Origin: Magallana gigas | Lineage: Eukaryota | Length of the DNA stretch: 64,000 nucleotides | Assembly (NCBI RefSeq): GCF_963853765.1 | Contig: NC_088856.1 | Span: forward strand, 27,342,001-27,406,000 | Reading direction: 5' to 3' | Part shown: piece after piece, positions 25,507 to 36,911 of the stretch | Layout: every line of letters starts with the position of its first letter | Position numbering within the stretch: position 1 is the first letter of the stretch | Translations under genes and position numbers: made by a program | Notes under the pieces: generated by a model | The model's database searches: none | The model's input: the letters and a program-made list of their open reading frames with translations, nothing else | Told to the model about the DNA's origin: nothing

Positions 25507-28209
25507 ATGCGGATTCTTCTACTCCCGTGCTCTCTTTATTTAATTTGCAGGATCTCAAGTTTGTTTGCTTAATTGTATATTTTGATTTAAAAGGATATTC
25601 TTTATTAATGTTTTTCAATTTTAAATAAGATGACATTCATTTTATAATTTTTAGACTGGGTCACACCAGAACCCTGTACGTTTTCCCCGCACACCGATGG
25701 ATGTGGAAACCATGGATGGATGTGGCAATGCGGACACCGTAACCTATCTGTGATACCCAATGGTCAGCACATACCACCAGAATATACAAGGACATCATTG
25801 ACATTGGACTTATCCAAAAACAGTTTTACCGCAATATCCAGAAAAACATTCAATACCATTGGCCAATTTCTTCGATCAAGAATCGCATCTCTTTCATTAC
25901 GGGGCAACCCTATTCAATCTATTGGAAATTTTTCTTTCAAAGCTCTATGGAATCTTTGTGAATTAGATCTTTCTAGCTGTCGTCTGCATACGGAGTCTTT
26001 TGAAATTAATTCACTTGCGAATCTGAATAAATTGAACATTTTATGTCTTCATAGTAATTCATTTCAGGCCAGAGGATACCCCGATGTTGCTATTTCAAAG
26101 GCAAGGACAATAGAAAACTTGACAATTGATGTGTTTGATGGATTTCAGTTTGGTTCGTCGTTTCAAAACTTAACTAATTTGAGAATTATAGAATTTTTCA
26201 CCGGAAACTCTATGTTCCATTTAACAAATTCTACTTTCATCGGGTTGATAAAATCTCCAATAACAAATTTGGAATTGAAATTCAGAAACATGATACATTG
26301 TGATGTCAGTGAAGATGTATTTTGTTCGTTTCCTTTTTTAAGAGGTGTACATATTGCGTTTAGAGGAATGTGTGATCTGAACGTAGCATTAAATTCGTTG
26401 AAGTGTCTTCAAAATCGGACCATGGACCACATTATTGTAAACGACAATAAACCAATGATTGTCACAAAGCAAGTGTTCCTCAATAATGAAAATTGCAAAT
26501 ACCTATTCAATATTTGCTCCAAAAGAGTTGAACTCAATGGAAATCGTATCGCAGGAATTTCTGACAACCCTTTAAACACAGTTATGGGTCAATGCGTGGA
26601 ATACTTTGATATTTCATCAAACAGGATCGAATGGATCAATCCCCAGATTTTAGTGGATTTTTTGACACGATATCCAAATCTACAGGTCATAAATATAAGC
26701 TCAAATAATGAACTTTGCAATTGTGAGACATCCTGGCACAACCCTTACTCACAGGTAGTAGCTTCAAGAATGACTGACAATAATGAAACCAATGAGTTTT
26801 CATCCGATGTATTTGTTGTGAATGAGTTTTTCTCAAACATTTCAAGTAAAGTACTTTTCATCAAGAGAGGTGTTATAACTATTAAGATTTCCGAAATAAT
26901 AACAGTGCTGCAGCTCTCAAAAATGTACCTACATATATTCAGTACTTTACCTCGTTATAATTTAATACTGACTATCAATGCCAAAAATTTAAAAGAATTA
27001 TACATGGTGCATAGTAATTTCTCATGTCAATCTTTGGCACCTATTCAGGCTCCTTCGTTGGAAATAATTGACATTTCCAATAACGACTGCAGCATAATAG
27101 GAGCAAACATTTTTAATTTTACTTTAAAATTAAGAGTTTTTTTGGCATCGAATTCAAATCTTCGTTTTGCTAGTAGTCTTCGATACGGAACCCTTTTCCA
27201 TGACCTGAAAAAATTACAGAAAGTTAATGTTAGTCGCAATTCAATAACATATTTGCCACCAACCATGTTTGAAGATCAGCAAAATTCGCTGTTAACTGTG
27301 AATTTGGATTCTAATCTGTTCTCAACAATTCCCGTGTCAAATTTGAAAAATCTTACTCACTTGTATTTGCGTCAAAACAAAATTTCATTCTTCACAAAAA
27401 ATGATATTGAAAGAGTAATGTCAATGGAAAAGGCTGTTGTTTTCATTGAAGGAAACCCAATAAGTTGCGAGTGCACACACATTTGGTCATTGAAATGGAT
27501 GAAAGAAAACCAAGACAGATTTGTTGATTTAAATAAAACTTTATGCATCAACACAAACGTGTTACTTTCGACATTTGGAAACCAAGAGGTATTTGAAAAG
27601 TTTGAAATGATGTGTCAGTCAGATGCTTGGTTGATAGGTTCAATTTTTGCATTTGTTTTTGTAATTGTTGTTTTGCTTACTTCAGCAGCTATCAAACAAT
27701 ATCGTGTCCATGTCGATTATGTTATCTTGCGTATGCGTAGTCGATGGAAAGGCGTCATACACGTTGCAAATTCGGACGATTTTCCGTTTGATGCTTTCGT
27801 CAGCTACACCGAGGAAGATTACCCTGCATGCATTCCTTTTTACCAAGCTCTCACCAGTCTGGGTTTCAAAATCAGCATACCCGACAAAGATTTTTTACCC
27901 GGAATATCTGAAGCGGAACAACTACTCAAATGCATGGATCAGAGTCGAAAAGTTGTCATTATTGTTACCGAAAATTTTCTAGAAAACGGCTGGAACTCCT
28001 ACGCTGTGCAAATGGTTGTAACTCATGCTTTTCACAACCAAAGGGAACGGTCGATTATAGTGATAATTAAAGATGACATTCCCATCGAGCGATTGCCAAG
28101 GGATCTGAAATATATCTGGTGGACCATTGTCAGCATAAGATGGCCAGATGGAAATGAGAACATGGATTTATTCTGGGAAGAGATTGCTGCTGCTTTACGC
28201 ACTAATTAA
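25507..28209 (+). CDS. Toll-like receptor TLR-B, full length (exons 25507-25558, 25655-28209; ~868 aa)
   Basis: Signal exon MRILLLPCSLYLICRIS, phase-1 GT-AG intron, LRRs, LRR-CT, TM, complete TIR (FDAFVSY, PDKDFLPG, SRKVVIIV, FWEEI). Confidence 0.93.
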
Positions 28210-28499
28210 AAAAAAATAGTATAAAAATGAGTTTGTGACTTGTCCGTTGTGTCCATATTGTATCTCAAGACAATAGAGAGTTTAAGCATTTGACGTTTTA
28301 CGTGTACCCATACGTGTAGAGTTAGAAGAAAGATTACAAATACCCGATCTAACAGCACATCTCGTTTAACAAACTGCATATGTATGCATATGTTTAGAGA
28401 AAGACGTCACAAACTAATCATTTGGATGGAAATTTGAAATTAACTAATCAACATTATTGTTTGATAAGTACAATCGTAAATAAAACTGTCTCAAAACTA

Positions 28500-29450
28500 T
28501 CTTGCTTGCATCGTTGGAAGGTGATTATGAACTTTTACTTCTTTCATGCATAGATGACGACACAGAATCATCAATTTATCATAATTTAGAGATAGATGAA
28601 CTCAGAGATGAACAATTCCATATATTATTCATATATTCACGAAAGAAGACATATGTGCTTTGTGCAACGCTTATGTTTCCATGAATAGAACTGTATGCCC
28701 TGGAATAGAGGTGTTGTGTATTCCTATACGTTAATTAGCATACCCGAATAGAATGCAAAATCTTTCACATGTTTTTGGAAGATCAACGGCTGAAATGTTT
28801 TATATTTTTAACATGGTTCTGGACTTTATTGGTTTAAAGAACGGGCACAAATAGGAAACATGTATCAGCTGTGATTGTCTCATTCAAAACTGGACAAGAT
28901 GGTGGCAGCTGTCAACAACTGAGGATTTATAGAGGGAACCGTGAGGCCGATATGCAGACCATAATCTCATCAGCAATTGATGTCCAATGGTCAAAAATGT
29001 ATTACGACCGCTGATGAAATGATTGCTCATATGTTTGGTCCAATTGATGGCCGCCGTAATGAGGCAAGTATGCTAAGGGAAAGCCATGTAGAATAACAAA
29101 TGCAAAAACATATGAAAAATGCAAAGTCTACTCCGTCTACGGCGACCCCGCCCATCCATTATCCCCATACGTAGAATCCTCCATTTCCAGGAGCTGTAAT
29201 TTCAGCGTATTAGATGCGTTTCACCAAAAAAAGGTTAGCACTAGGAGTTTGCGAAGAATGGATTTTCAGCAATATTTTAACTTTGTTTGCTTTTTTGGAC
29301 TATAAGAAAAATAAAAACTTAATTAACAGTGTTTTTGAAAATCGTATAGTATAGCACCTATTCTCATCAATTACTACACCATTTTGTATGGTAGTGAAAC
29401 CGGTTCATTCTTTGATATTTCCCCGCCATTTCTACCCGAATTTATATCCG
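28500..29450 (+). mobile_element. Decayed PIF/Harbinger-type (DDE_Tnp_4) transposase pseudogene
   Basis: Across stops and frameshifts: LEIDELRDEQF.., GIEVLC..LAYPNR..NLSHVFGRS, GFIEGTVRPICRP, MIAHMFGPIDGRRNEASMLRES, VYGDPAHPL, EWIFSNILTLFAFLDYKKN, ILYGSETGSFFDISPP; these match conserved motifs of this family. Confidence 0.85.
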
Positions 29451-31889
29451 AATTTAAAAGAATGCCTTTTTTTTTTATACAGAAGTCTTTATGAATATAT
29501 CAAACGCAGGAACTGATGTTTCATTTACGCATATATGTATCATTCAAGTGGTCTACCTTGATGTCTTAGAAAAAGTACGTGTTTCTTTGGATCTGAAATA
29601 TTATAGATACACTAGTGAAATTTTTTTTTTTGGGTATTGGCTGGTAAACAAAGCTTGTTATGGTCAAATCAAACGATAACAATGTATATAACTTTCTCAT
29701 GATAAATTTGAAAACAAATTTTATTATTTTTTTTTTAGATTGTCTTTTATAGAATAAAAATGTATTTATTTGTTATTTTGTCCTTTTCTTTCTTTCTTTT
29801 TTTTTTTTTTTTTTTTTTTACAAAGAATAATAAACATCTAAAACTTTAAATTGCTAGTCTGTTTAAAGAATTAATTTCAGTTAATAACGATACAACTACA
29901 TAATTCTTCATACGGTCTTGCAAAATGCTTGTGATTAGTAATGTACTTTTTTCACATGCAAAAAAATAAATAACAGATAAAAACTCTGCACATTTGTAAA
30001 ACTACTTGCGCATTGTTTTTTTTTATTAATTTTCTTTTATCAATGCTGTCATATGATTAATTGATTAGAAATTGAGTTTGTCTCAAATTTGTCATTGAAT
30101 AAATGTAGGTCGGACGCAGGAAAACAAGGACATATAATAAGAACCTTGAAATCATTTATACCCATAAAATCCCCAACCACTATCACATTTGAAATATTTC
30201 CTGAATTAATGCATACTTTCTACGGAACAAAGCAATCTTTCTCTTGTCAGTTCCTTGTCATTTTTTAAATTAATTTTGTAAATTCATAAACGATATTTCC
30301 CGTAATCAAGCCTCGTAATTTCCTTTCTTTGTATTTACAGATAAAACATCATAGATGTAGCTATACTTCAGACTAACACACAGAAGAGAAACAAGTACTA
30401 CCATTACCTTATTAGAATAAAAGCGATATTTTAGAATAAAAATTACATGTAAAAGATTTGGTAGATTGGAGTGATTACTTCTTTTCACCCCTTTACACTT
30501 TCCACTCAAAAACTTCACAACCTCATCTGATATCGCATCTCACTTTCTTCGCACCTATTCGCAACCTTTTCTCCCACTTTAATTTAACTCACCCTCCTGA
30601 TAACTTAATCGTCATCTTTAACTTCGGTCTGGACGTAATTACCTTGATAAACGAAATCGCCTTTAAGTGCAAAAATTTAGATACATGTATACTTTATTTC
30701 CGTGCTGTAAAATTGAACATTTGCATTTAACTTGCTAACTGCCATATCCTAAGACAAACCTATTATTTGTAACAAATCAATTTCCACCTGATTCATTTTA
30801 ACTCTCTATGATAATGTGTCCCATACTAAACTTATTCAAACTTTTACAGTATTCATTAAATCAATGAAATACTTGTCATTGCTATTACAGTTTTTTTTCT
30901 TTCCTAAAATATTTTCTTACTATTTAATTACATGTATAAAAGTCTTAAATAAAAATTCCCTTTAAATTCGAGAATATTTTTGTATACCGGTATTAAACTT
31001 AATTTAGTCAGTAAGAAGTGTAATGTTTGCACTTATCTCTCACCAGTTTTATAGCATGATATCAATTTTAAGTCATAATTTTTTGTTTTGCATTCAATTT
31101 TAAAAAAACTCAAAATAACTAAAATATTTCTTTGTGCATGTTTATCAGATTTGTACACTCCAGTAATTTACTTTGTTTCCCCTGCAAGCATTAGTGTAGT
31201 AACTCATTAAATTCAAAACTTTCTTTTGAGCTTTCAGATTGTGTTACTTTTTATGATTAACTGTTATTATTTATTCAAATCTGAATTAAAACCACTATCT
31301 TTTATTTTTATTGCAATGGGAATATTTTTTCTATTTTGTTTACTAGCACCGGAGATTTACTCTCGGATATAAAATAAGGGCCGTAACAATGATTCGTGCA
31401 AGTATTTTGTCAGTTGAGCATATCAGAAGAGATTTGTTCAACCTTGATACAATTCATATATATAATTACAAGAAACAGGTATAGATGGGACAGCTTTTTA
31501 TAAATCAAAGAAGATCACTATTGTTTCTACGTATTGATTTGGTTTTAAACAGTATATCCTGATTAAAATAAAGATAAAACTTCATAGCTTGTTGAAGACA
31601 TTTTTATCACTATAATACATTTTTAACCCCAGATATTGATATATTATTTTTTATTACTTTAGGTCATACAGATATATGTTAATTAAGACGGAGTAAAATA
31701 CATACATTATAACTATCAATGAGATTTGATTCCTCGAAGTTTGTCTTATTAAACCGGAAATTTTGAGTTTTTTTGTCGTGTTCCAATATTAACTTCCTTT
31801 AAAAAAGATATCTAAATTTTATATACTCAATATCCCGCCCCCCCCCCAAAAAACCCAGAAAATTAAATACACGAGACGGAAAAGCCAAC

Positions 31890-32272
31890 TGTCATTCAGC
31901 CATGCATATTATCTTTTTTCTTTAATTTGTTTTTAGTTCAGGTATTGTTTATATTTACCTATCATATTTTTAGATAGTATATGTTTAACACATTTTTATA
32001 AAGTTTGATGAAGGAGAAATCAAAAGCTATTCAGAACCTTATTTAAATTCAACATACATCGATTGATGAGAAAATATGGCATTGTTGTGGATATGTGGAA
32101 ATCCAACCTATCTGAAATACCCGATCAGATTTCATTGAAGCACAAAGAAGAAAAAATAATATTAGACCTATCAGGGAACCAATTTACAAAAATTTTCTAG
32201 GAAACGTTTTACAATATTGACCCATATGTTCCATCAGCATTAAATATATCTTATTACAGAATAGCCCTCATT
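31890..32272 (+). pseudogene. 5' relic of a D-subtype TLR (psiD2)
   Basis: GTCATTCAGCCATGC and TTAGTTCAG|GTAT match TLR-D exon 1 context; then AACCTATCTGAAATACCCGATCAGATT..ATTAGACCTATCAGGGAACCAATTTACAA..GAAACGTTTTACAATATTGACCCA aligns to TLR-D 51272-51395 with stops and indels. Confidence 0.8.
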
Positions 32273-32560
32273 TTTTGTAAACAATGTCAATAATGAGCAG
32301 TTAGAACGGCTATGTATGCACTGAACGGGAAATTGGAATGACCGAAGTTAAGGAAAATGACATTTTTTAGATAAAAAGCGCCAGTCTATTTAACCAGAAT
32401 CGCAGGAATATTTCACTACACNNNNNNNNNNNNNNNNNNNNNNNNNNNNNNNNNNNNNNNNNNNNNNNNNNNNNNNNNNNNNNNNNNNNNNNNNNNNNNN
32501 NNNNNNNNNNNNNNNNNNNNNNNNNNNNNNNNNNNNNNNNNNNNNNNNNNNNNNNNNNNN

Positions 32561-33447
32561 GAAATTCAGGGGACCATGCAAATTATTTCAATATATTCGT
32601 ATTTCAATATAAGCGAAATTGACTGACATGAGTCCGCCATTTTTGAAAGTTCAATCCCGATGTAAGCATAGAAAACCAAACCCGAACAAATTATTAGATC
32701 ATCATTTATCTATTACAATAAACGGATTACATGGAAGATAAGTCCTTGAAAGTTTGATTAAAATTATATCCGAAAGTTTTGTAAGTTTCGTTTTGTTACT
32801 ATCTTAAACCTCATCATAATCTCGGATCGCATTCTTTTACGTTTTAGAAAAACATTAGAGAAAAATCACCACACTGATCAAACGCTTCAAATATTACTGA
32901 ACGCTGCTTGTATATCATCGTAAGTGTACACGCGATAATCTCAAAATCTTTAGCTGTTTCGAATTTAGGCTTTGTTCTTTCATAAATAGCCATAACTAGT
33001 TTGTATTTAGCGTCCGGAGATAAAGTATTTCTTTTCTGTGGGGTTTCCATATTACGTCTAGCCTCAATACATCCGTATTTGTAAAAACAAAACATTAAAC
33101 AGTGAATAAATTTTACTTTTTAATAAAAGTATAAAAACACACATGAAGAGAACTTATCAATTCACACCATTGTATATCAACCGGTCAGTCTGGCATAATT
33201 ACTGTCACTAACCATGACGACAGCCGCCAGGAAGGAATTCAATATAACCGTTATAAAAACAACTAATTATCACCTTTGGGGACCAATCATTGGCTTCAAT
33301 ATAAGCGATATTTCAAAATAACCGATTTCATTTTATCCGTGAAATCAATGCAAAGAATATGAGAGGTAAAAACTGGGGATTTATTTCTTTTTCAAAATAA
33401 GCGGAATTTCAAAATAAGCGAGTTCAATATAAGTGGAGTAAGCTGTA
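32561..33447 (-). mobile_element. pogo/Tigger-like element with a partial CENP-B/Psq-type HTH transposase N-terminus; one end lies in the N gap
   Basis: METPQKRNTLSPDAKYKLVMAIYERTKPKFETAKDFEIIACTLTMIYKQR..KRKRMRS resembles the pogo HTH; terminus ...GAGTAAGCTGTA with TTCAATATAAGCG subrepeats at both ends. Confidence 0.7.
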
Positions 33448-36400
33448 TATTTAAATGCTATTTAAATAACATTTAATTATTGATGTAATGTATCAATTAA
33501 TTGGTATATTCATAGCGTAATGACAATCATCCCTTCATAAATGTATAACAAAAAATTTATAATATACATTGCAGGAGTAAGACGAAAGCGGTTATTGTAA
33601 ACTGGTAGCATCACAATGATCCCCGATACATTTACCAGACTTAATTACCAGCAGTATCATGATTGCAAATGTATAGTATATGTCGTTGTTTTTTATTGAC
33701 TTGTGTGTGCTTCCTTCATCATTTTTCTTAAACTAAAACAGTTTAATTCTAGAGGCAGAAGACAATTGGTATTTAATCCATTATTAATCGATTAAGGTTT
33801 CATAAAATAAAGGGCAAGACCTAGTTAATAATTCTAGACTGTCTTTGTGGTGCCAGAACCAGTTTGACGTCATTATTGATTTGATGAACCTTTTCCCGTA
33901 TTTTACGGCTTCAAAGAAATTAATATGTAGAAAAGAAATATTTTCACATTCTATATTTAATCACGGGAAAAGTAACCCCGGTGTCTATATTCTATTTGAC
34001 ATTATTTTAAAGAGGAGGTCAAGAGCTTGTTTAATGCCTTTTAGGAGAGATTCTAGGCATTCTAGATACATTTCATTAGTCAAAAATGGACAAACTCCTA
34101 GATTTTTTACTTTTATCCTTCATATTTCATAGAAAATGGTTGTTTAAAACATGATTTTTCATTGTGTCTACCTAAAATTTAAGCCCCTGTAAACCATATG
34201 AAACAAAGACCATTGTTATGAAGCATCATTAAAAGAATTTATATTTGGAATTTCATAAACCTGTAGGCACATTTCGTTTACTAGATCTTGACCTCAAACA
34301 CTGTTTGACAGCCCTAGGCGGAATCCTATAACAAAATATATCTGTGAAAATATTTCTTAGGATCTACCTGCTGTAGAGCTTATAGCGTGAAAACTAATCC
34401 GTAAACTTATCATCACTTAACCAAATCTTATTTTGTTATTGTTGTTGATATCATTCTATATAACTAATAGAACATAATTTAAGTTAGAGTCCACTGAAAT
34501 AATAAAAAAGACCGGAATTGTAAGATGAATATTGAGTTTAAAGTCTTTATTGCTATATAAAATTTATACCTGTCAACTTTTCTTGAGATAATAGGAATTA
34601 CGCAAATAATGCATAATGTTATAATCTGTCCAAAAATATCATGGCATCCGATTTTGCTTATAATCATGTCTTATTCATAAATACCTCTAGTTTTTAACAA
34701 TACTTATTTTCTAGGTACTAAAAATATTATAAAGTTTTTTTTTATTTTATTTTATTATTATAGACAATAAAGACAAACAGAAAAGTTCATGTAATATTTT
34801 TATTTTTGTGATTTGGCGATTGTGGCAACCACCTACATAATACAATGATGTCAAAGCTTACAAAAATGGTATGCCATTACGCGCAAAAAAAATTGGCACG
34901 GATCATAACTACAGCAATACCGGAAACATCGGTATAATAATAATATTTTTTTTATAAATAAAATAAATCGTATTATAATTTATTGCGTATTGATTAAGAC
35001 AAAATTTCATTATGAGCATAAATCGATTAATCAGACACCAGGTGTATATATAAGTCCCCTCCAAGGTCAGTCATACGATTTCAATATGTAAATGTATAAG
35101 AGAATCTGCAAAAATGTAAATTTTGTAAGAGTACTAGTACTGTAGACATTTCATATTTAGAAAGTAAAATATATTTCAGAAATATAACCATACATTTCCA
35201 ACTATGGCCATCCTTAACAAAATGGTTAGATAAATCAGGATTTAATATTGCAAGCAGTGTTTTGCAAGTGGCAGTGCAGTATATTTGCTTTACAACTTGT
35301 TGATCTTAAGCAGTAATATTTTATAGCAGATTTTAATAATAAAGTGTCCAAAGACTGTTAAAATGAAGAAGTAAATGATTTTATAACCTTCATGCTAAAA
35401 AAAGAAAATTTTTATAATTGTAATCGTTTTAGCATGTGGACTATGAAATTTAAAAGGCCCTGATTTCTCTTATAAGGTTAAGCATTTATATTGTTTTCAT
35501 AAATTTTTCAGTTACCGTGGAGCTAATCCATAAACTATTTTATCTAACAAAAAAAGTATACTTATGTATTTTATTATAGTTTCAAGGGTACACTTCCGTA
35601 TATCTTTATACAGAATGATCTAGAGAACTTTATAATCAAATCTGGTATCAATGTGCGGCCTCAACCTGGCAAAATTTAGTTCTTTTGAATCTTTAACGGA
35701 ACAAACATTCAAACACTGTTTGAGTATTCTAGACAGAAAAAACAAAGGAAACTTTTTTCAACAGAGAACCTTTGTAAGAGAACTGAATGGCAGTGGCTAT
35801 TTTTTTTTCTAACGGAGATCACAATAGAATTCTATTGTTACATCCCTCAGACAAACAAGATCTATCTAAATATGCAAGTTAGAAAAAATTGAAATTTTAA
35901 AGCCAAAAGATATGGAGCTTGTCAAATGAAAGTTTATTTATTTAGAGTAAAAAATCCTTTCTAAAGATCAAAGCAGATGTTGTTGACCATCCAGAAGCTT
36001 TAATGGTATGGATTGGTAGAAAATTATATCGACCACATTCCTAGGCATGGATATCAAATGCATGGTTGCAAGTTGGTTTGCATTTGATTGTTGAAAGTTC
36101 TATTACTTCTTGACTCAAATACACGTAGGAATACCTTACAAATGTTAAGGATTACAGATATCTAGCACTCTTAAACTTATTTTTCTTTTTCAAATAGTAA
36201 AAGAGAATAATAAATTTCCCGTTACTTAGTTTTTTGAACGTGCGATCAACACATTTTTATAAGACGGTATGATACTTTAAGTGTATAAAGATATTTCCTT
36301 CGATATTTGCCATTTCACAGCTATATATTTTTCTTTACATTGGCGGTGTAATCAAACCACATATGAAGACATCTCTTTTTTCAAACAATCGTGATATCTT

Positions 36401-36911
36401 ATATCATAGATCAAAATTGAGGCGAAAATTGACCAATGTTTGTTGAATTTTACATGAAACCCTTTATCGTAAAATTAGAAATAAAACTATTTTCAAATTA
36501 TCTTGCTTGAATAATTATTGAAAACTGATAATTACATGACAAAGTTAATTCGATAAAATTAACGAAAACATCGAAAGTATCTTATATACTCTAAATCTAT
36601 GTCATGCATGCTTTAAAATCCCTTTTATACAAACACACTAAGAAAAAAAAGATTTGAATTGAGAATAAATAAATAACTAGATAAAAAAGTAAATATCCTA
36701 AGATATAGATATTACTATGTACACGAGCGCATTGCCATAAAGTGAACGTTGTAATTTGTAATGATCTTCCTGTTATCCTTATCAATTCATGTAAATCGCG
36801 CAATCCATGTATTTATTTAATTGATTTTTTTGTGTCTACTATCTATAAGAAAGAGTAAGTTGTGTCACATTGAAACTCCCACAATATCAGCTTGTCTTGT
36901 TTTATGCAGCA

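Noticed and set aside
30306-30518. Minus-strand signal-peptide-like stretch MVVLVSLLCVSLKYSY
   Set aside because: The roughly corresponding region near 21.1-21.2 kb has an early stop and no downstream exons were found
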